NCBI GenBank assembly: GCA_002269645.1
Contig: NIVC01004769.1
Span: 1-35,432 of the forward strand
Length of the DNA stretch: 35,432 bases
Direction: 5' to 3'
Origin: Macrostomum lignano
Taxonomy: Eukaryota
How positions within the stretch are numbered: the first letter of the stretch is position 1; every line of letters begins with the position of its first letter. The notes under the pieces were generated by a model that saw nothing but the letters and a program-made list of their open reading frames with translations, did no database searches and was not told the origin of the DNA. This document shows positions 29,898 to 35,432 of this stretch, piece after piece. A program made the position numbers and the translations under genes.

Positions 29898-32800
29898 CGA
29901 GTCTTGTAGAAAGTCTGAGGCGAGAACTTGTCTATGGCTCTTATAGCGCTTATAAATTCTTAAAAATAAGCTGAGGTTGACAAGTCATAGCTCATATCTA
30001 TCTATCTATCTATTTTTGCTCTGTGATAAGAGACAAGATCGGAGAAAAAAGAAAGAAAAGAAAGAACTAACGTACTCGTAAAATCACAGGAGTAAATCCG
30101 AAAAATACATATACGTTGGCCAAGGTTCAGTTTCTATAACTGCACCTTCCATGACTGTCAGTTCGATTGAAGACTATGCATTGAATGAAGACTAAAGTCG
30201 ATTCGATGGAAGAAGAAATGTTCAGATTGAGGTTAAAAAATAAAGAGACAAGCGTATTGTTATAAACCGCTATAATGCTTAAATTTATTAGACGTTTACT
30301 TGCTTTTCTTCTTTACTATTAGAACAAGAACATCATAGAACATTAGCGTGACATAATATTTCTAAAAATGTATGCCGCATCTCCAACCTGCAGCGGGACA
30401 TTCAGCCGACGGATTTTGAACTAAAGCCTGCGTCGTGCACAACTGCAGATTCGAGCCGATGCTTGCCAGCGATGGCTGAACAGAACATTTGGCACTGAAT
30501 TTCGATTCCTAAGATAACACTTCGTTGAAGATCCTGGAAAACTCAGCTGAACTCGGTTCAAAGTTTACTGAGAATTGGAGGGAAGGCTAGCGCCTGTCGG
30601 ACAAGAGGTCGAATATAAAATTAGGGCGGTTTGGTGCACTCCTGCTTCTTCTTTTTGTAGCATTAAACTTTTAAACTATTTTAAGGTACATGTTAAAATA
30701 GTACCTTTTATTTTAATAGATACTCAAAAGTATCTAAAGCGTATTTTTCGTATTATTTATCTTTATACCGGTAGCACTTTGCAGTATGCTTAAAACATGT
30801 ATGATTGAACGGTTTTGATCACATTGGCTTTCCCTTGTTGATTACGTGGTTAGTCTATATTATAATTATTTAATGTACGGGCGTAAATTAAGAAATATAT
30901 TTATAAACGTCTTTCACAGCTGAGGCTGCTTAAGTGACAAATAAAAAGTATGTCATGCAGTCAACAGCCCTTCTGCTAATTCCCGAACACAAACATACAC
31001 GCATGTGTATAGACTCTTCCAGGCTGCACAGCGGCCCTAACTTTCTAAATTTTCGTGCATGTGCACTTGTGCTTTGTGGGTTGTTCGACCTCTCAGGGAC
31101 TTGAATCGCATGAAAGTCGCAAGTCATTTTTTCTTGCTTTAAAACCTTATTAGCCACTTCGGCCATGCACTGAGTCGAATCCAGGTTACTTTATTTTTCG
31201 TACGGTAGATTGCATGAATATAATAGCGTTCGGAGTTTACGATGCATGCAAGCAAATTAATCTTCTTTAAATTAATAATGCTGCCTCAATAAAACCATTT
31301 TTAAAACCGAACTGTTAAGGTTGCTGCACTTTTGAGATTGTTTTTCTTCATTCACAGCCATAATGTCACGTTAGGTTTTGCAACGACTTATAGGTATAGC
31401 ATGCTGCATATACATGTACGTGTACATACATATACACCTAAGCTACTGGCTACGTGGACTTTTTGCTCTCGTTTCGTGAAACTTTATAACATCAATAAAT
31501 TAATTGAAAACTACAAGGCTTTTGATCTGCATCTACTTCCGTCTGTGCCTGGAAGAGTGCGAGCTTATATACAAGATCAATATTAGTTACGAGTAACATG
31601 ACTTTTCCTTTCGATGTGTAGCTACTCGTACTTGTAAATGCTAAAAAGTGTTAGAAATAAGCAGGTGTATGAAGCCAATGAATTTAATAAGTGCGACAAA
31701 AGGAGCCACGACGAAAATGTAATAGATTTAACAACTTGTATTTTAATTTCGGTATCTCAATCTCTTTGTATCAGGTATCGCCGCATCATCATCAAGATCT
31801 TAGAAAATGAACACATATTTTTTAAAAAATCTTTGGCAGAGTGATTACGATGTAAATAAAATTAGAATAGTGCTTTAAAAAAAAATTTAGTGAGTATGTG
31901 CGTGAGTAATTTACTAATCGGTTGGCCTGAAAAAAGACTAAACGGATAGTAGCTAATGGTGCGTGTTGAGTCCGCCCACAGATAATAAAACATAGTATCT
32001 GTGCCGCCGTGTGACTAATTTAAATAGCTAGCTACAGAAGCTATACGGATCAATTCAAAATATGCAATTTAGGCCGGATTAAGAATGTTAAAACTACCAG
32101 CAAAGATAAAAATATTGTTGCATCGTTATACCTTTTTATTTTTATTTATGTTAGCCTAATTAAGCCATTATTGTTTCGCAAATACTACTGGCTAATTTAA
32201 AATTGTTTTATTCCCGCATGCAGTAAACTCCAAATTCTAAAAAATATCAAACCAGTCTAAAATTGCTCGAACGCATCCTGTGGCAGCGATGAATTACTTA
32301 AATTATCCAGACCAATTTAATACGCTTGGATTTTTAGTTAACTAGATAAAATATCGATTAGAAAAAATATTGTTGAGAAAGAGCTACTTTGCAATGGAAT
32401 ATTTGAAAATAATGACATGTAAGTGAAAAGAATAAACATCGCATTTAAAGAACGTCGACACTTAATGTAGCTAATATTTAACAGTGCCGTTTTTTCAATG
32501 TGCAAAGCCAAGTGACACAATCATCACGTATAACCATGCGCATTTTTACCTTTTGACGAGTTTTCTGATTTCTGAAAACATTCTGAGTCGAATTTTAAAT
32601 ACCTTATTCGGTCTAGAAAATCCTATTTTCTAAAAATAATCATCAACTCTCGTCATTTATAACTATGCATTATTACTATATAGCAGTTTATATTAGCAGC
32701 GGGCAAATTAATTCAAACAACGCTTCATGAGCTATCTAAACGATCGTATCATACACTTGGTGTATTAGCTACTGTTTTCGTAGCCACTTTTTTTTTACAC

Positions 32801-33593
32801 TTGATTCTGGATTTTCTGGTTTCTAAATAATTTTATAGCTAGCTATAATTCACATATCATGCACGTTATAGTTTACCTGCATGAAACGTTGCATGTTTTT
32901 TAATTATTCCGGCCGGCCAAATATTTAATAATTAAGTTTTCTACGTCTACTGAATAAACATAATCATATAATCACCCTTTAAAAGTATAAACTTAGCGTA
33001 GTGCTTTTCCAGCATAGAAAAGGTTTCAACATTCTAACGTAAAAATCAGTAACGTGCCTTTCCAATTCTGTGAGGAATTATCTTACTTGCTGACTTGCAG
33101 ACTGCTGCTTCTGTTGAAGAATGATTGTATAATAAGAATATCGTTGACAGTCGCTAAAAGTAACAAATTGAGTTTGAAATAGAGAACACTAAATAAGGGA
33201 CTTAAAGTAGTACAAAGAAAAAAGATTTTGGGTGGCAACAAGCCAAAAAATCTCGCAAAAACAGATGCACGCAGGATAAAAACAAAGTTAGACACACGTT
33301 TGTCATAAAGCAAACTCAATCGGGGCCAGAAAAATGTCGTTCAAAAAGTCTATGCTTTGTAGTCTACATGTACCATTCTAAGTACCTTGCAAATCGGCAA
33401 AATGAGGACGAGTTAATCAGTCACTTCCGAGCCTTTTAAAATTCGGAGTAGCTAGCAGTGCATCAATTTCTCGTCTAGATACAATTTTTTTCAAGTGCAG
33501 CGCTTGAATCTTAAATTCCTCTTTCAAAGTAAAATAGTTTGTATTGCTTTTTTCTAGCTCTCATTTTACACGCAACACTTGCTGATTATTCGC

Positions 33594-35344
33594 TCATTTT
33601 GGATTGCGACCAAGTCTCCCATCCACACTCAGGTGGGCATGAGCACGGTCCCATGTGCGCAGCGCAGCACTGTGCCTGTTCAGCAGGGATTCCACCGCGT
33701 TCAGCCTCATTTCCACCAGGTCAATGGATGCATTGAACGCGACTGAAATGACGACAACAATACTCAGTAACAAGACTAACCAGTGCTAAACAGTCTCCCG
33801 GGTAAACTTACCGTCGAATCCACATACGACTCGTGTGTCTCCTGCGCTCTATTCCAGAAGGTGTTCTTGAATCGCTGCAGGACGAACTGCACAATCTGGA
33901 AGTCGCGCGCTCCGGCGACCTCGCAGTTCTTGGACATCTCGTAGCTTTCATTCAGGACGCTGACGAAGAAGTTGACGATGACGAACGTAAGAAAGGAGAC
34001 GTAGATCGAGAAGGCTATCTTCGGTAAAAGTCCGTGGTGAGTGACTATTTGTATGTCGAACTTGCCCAGCATCGCAGTGAACAAGGTGGACATTGCGCCA
34101 GCTGGTGAGTTGAACTGCTGCTGCACTGAGCCAAGCAGCAGATTCATGAGCAGGCTGAAGGCAACGAAGATCACACAGAAGACGATGCTGAAGGAGCGCA
34201 TCTGGCTTAGAGAGAGGCGAAGCGTAGCAAGCAGGTGACTGAGGTTGGTGCTGAACCTGACGAGACCCAGCAGAGACAGCTGAAGCATGAAGGTGCTGGC
34301 GCCAAGGCAGTAGTAAAAGTACTGGTTCAGCAGCAGCAGAGCCCGTAGCTGCGGTCTGCCGCCGTTCACAGCAGCTTCGAGAGCGGCCCAGTGTTGGCAG
34401 TCCGGACTCCGTAGATGCTTGCGGTCGCAGTCATGCTCAGCGCAACGCCAACGTCCAACCAGTTCTCGAAGCTGTTCCAGAAATCTCGAAACTTCCGCAA
34501 CCGCACAAGAAGCAGGACCAGCCGAATGAGGACGATGATGCCAGCCAGAATCTCTGAGACCAGAGCGAACACTCCCATGGCACCGACGTACCGATAGAGA
34601 CGAGTGCTCAGCAGCTGATGGCTCACCAGAGCTCCACCAAACGGTTGCAGCTCAACAGCCAGGGTGACAGAAGTGAAAAGGTTAATGTCGGAATACAGCA
34701 GGTCCAAGTCGATGGCCACAAAGCGAGTGTGTCGGTCCAACCAGTTCAGGCTCTTCAGCTCGCCGATCAGAGCTCGGCTCTGCTCGAGGCTGTCGGGCAG
34801 CAGGATCGAGAAGCCACCTCCGCGGTACTCAGCCAGCCGTCCGAGTATCCGGCACCGTCAACACGGTTCATGAAGGCTTGGGCAAGAAGCTCGCCATCCG
34901 TGAGGTTGCACGGCGTCAGCTCTGTCCAGCGGAGAAAGCAGCGCATTCTCGTCTTCATCCCTATCGCTGACGAGCCCGACGCTGACCGGCTTGCGACGCC
35001 GCCGCAGCTGCCGACGGAGACGCGGCTCAGCCGATAGCCGCAGCCGTCAGAGATGAGCTTGGATCCGGACTTCGGGAACACGGATGGCAGAAAGCTGTCG
35101 TTGAGTGCGCTGTACATTTTATCGACACGTGTTCGACACAGACTCAATATCAGCATATTTCAAGTGGTTCAGAACGCTCTCGTGCAGCTGGAAAGTCATC
35201 GGGTCCAGATTGGTGTAGCAGATGCAGTACTGCAGGAACAGCAGCAGAATGGCAAGACAGGCGTTCACGGAGCTGCTGATGGCCTCTTTTCTCAGGGATC
35301 CTTCTTGGCCTCGGACTGCAGCTCGTGCAAGTAGGCGACGCCCT
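33594..35344 (-). CDS. PKD1-like polycystin, 3' part (TOP domain and channel-like TM region); large exon 35344..33812 with multiple frameshifts, probable last exon 33742..33594; 5' end outside the window
   Basis: Motifs RQLR, LGRLAEYRGGGF, LKSLNWLDRHTRFV, INLFTSVTLAVE, RLYRY, WNSFENWLD, FTAMLGKFD and IVNFFVSVLNESY. MLGKF and the short tail fit the PKD1L type rather than PKD2. The motifs are spread across several reading frames, so it could be a pseudogene. Confidence 0.85.
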
Positions 35345-35432
35345 CTGAGGGTGAAAAGTTTTAAGAAAGTAAAGATTCACAATGATTACTGAAGATTAGC
35401 TGGAATTAAGCTGCACCCAACGCTGTCCTCGA

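Noticed and set aside
30360-30600. Higher-GC patch resembling an isolated exon
   Set aside because: No frame gave a recognisable product or a consistent splice-phase link to a neighbouring gene.
7517-35344. Functional cluster of ion-channel and junction genes (Cys-loop pair, CNNM, ZO-1, polycystin)
   Set aside because: Mixed orientations and no shared regulatory signal were seen; membrane-protein genes are common enough for chance adjacency.

Overview
Eukaryotic (invertebrate animal) genomic DNA with GT-AG introns. The minisatellite-filled introns and a possible leader-supplied start codon suggest a free-living flatworm such as Macrostomum, but that is inference. From left to right the window holds: (1) a complete 5-exon PP1 catalytic subunit gene (+), whose intron 2 contains two different internally deleted IS630/Tc1-like DNA transposons and whose intron 3 contains a 21-bp minisatellite; (2) two tandem, intron-poor Cys-loop ligand-gated cation channel genes (+) lacking the canonical acetylcholine-binding residues; (3) a 7-exon CNNM Mg2+-transport gene (-) whose first four introns each carry a different minisatellite, and whose first coding exon has a signal peptide but no ATG; (4) a secreted double C-type-lectin gene (-); (5) a ZO-1/TJP-like MAGUK gene (+); (6) a 5'-truncated RTE-type LINE fragment; (7) the 3' part of a PKD1-like polycystin gene (-) that runs off the window. 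Several genes are interrupted by small frameshifts, often in homopolymers, which may be assembly errors or decay. All alignments and counts were made by eye, without tools.
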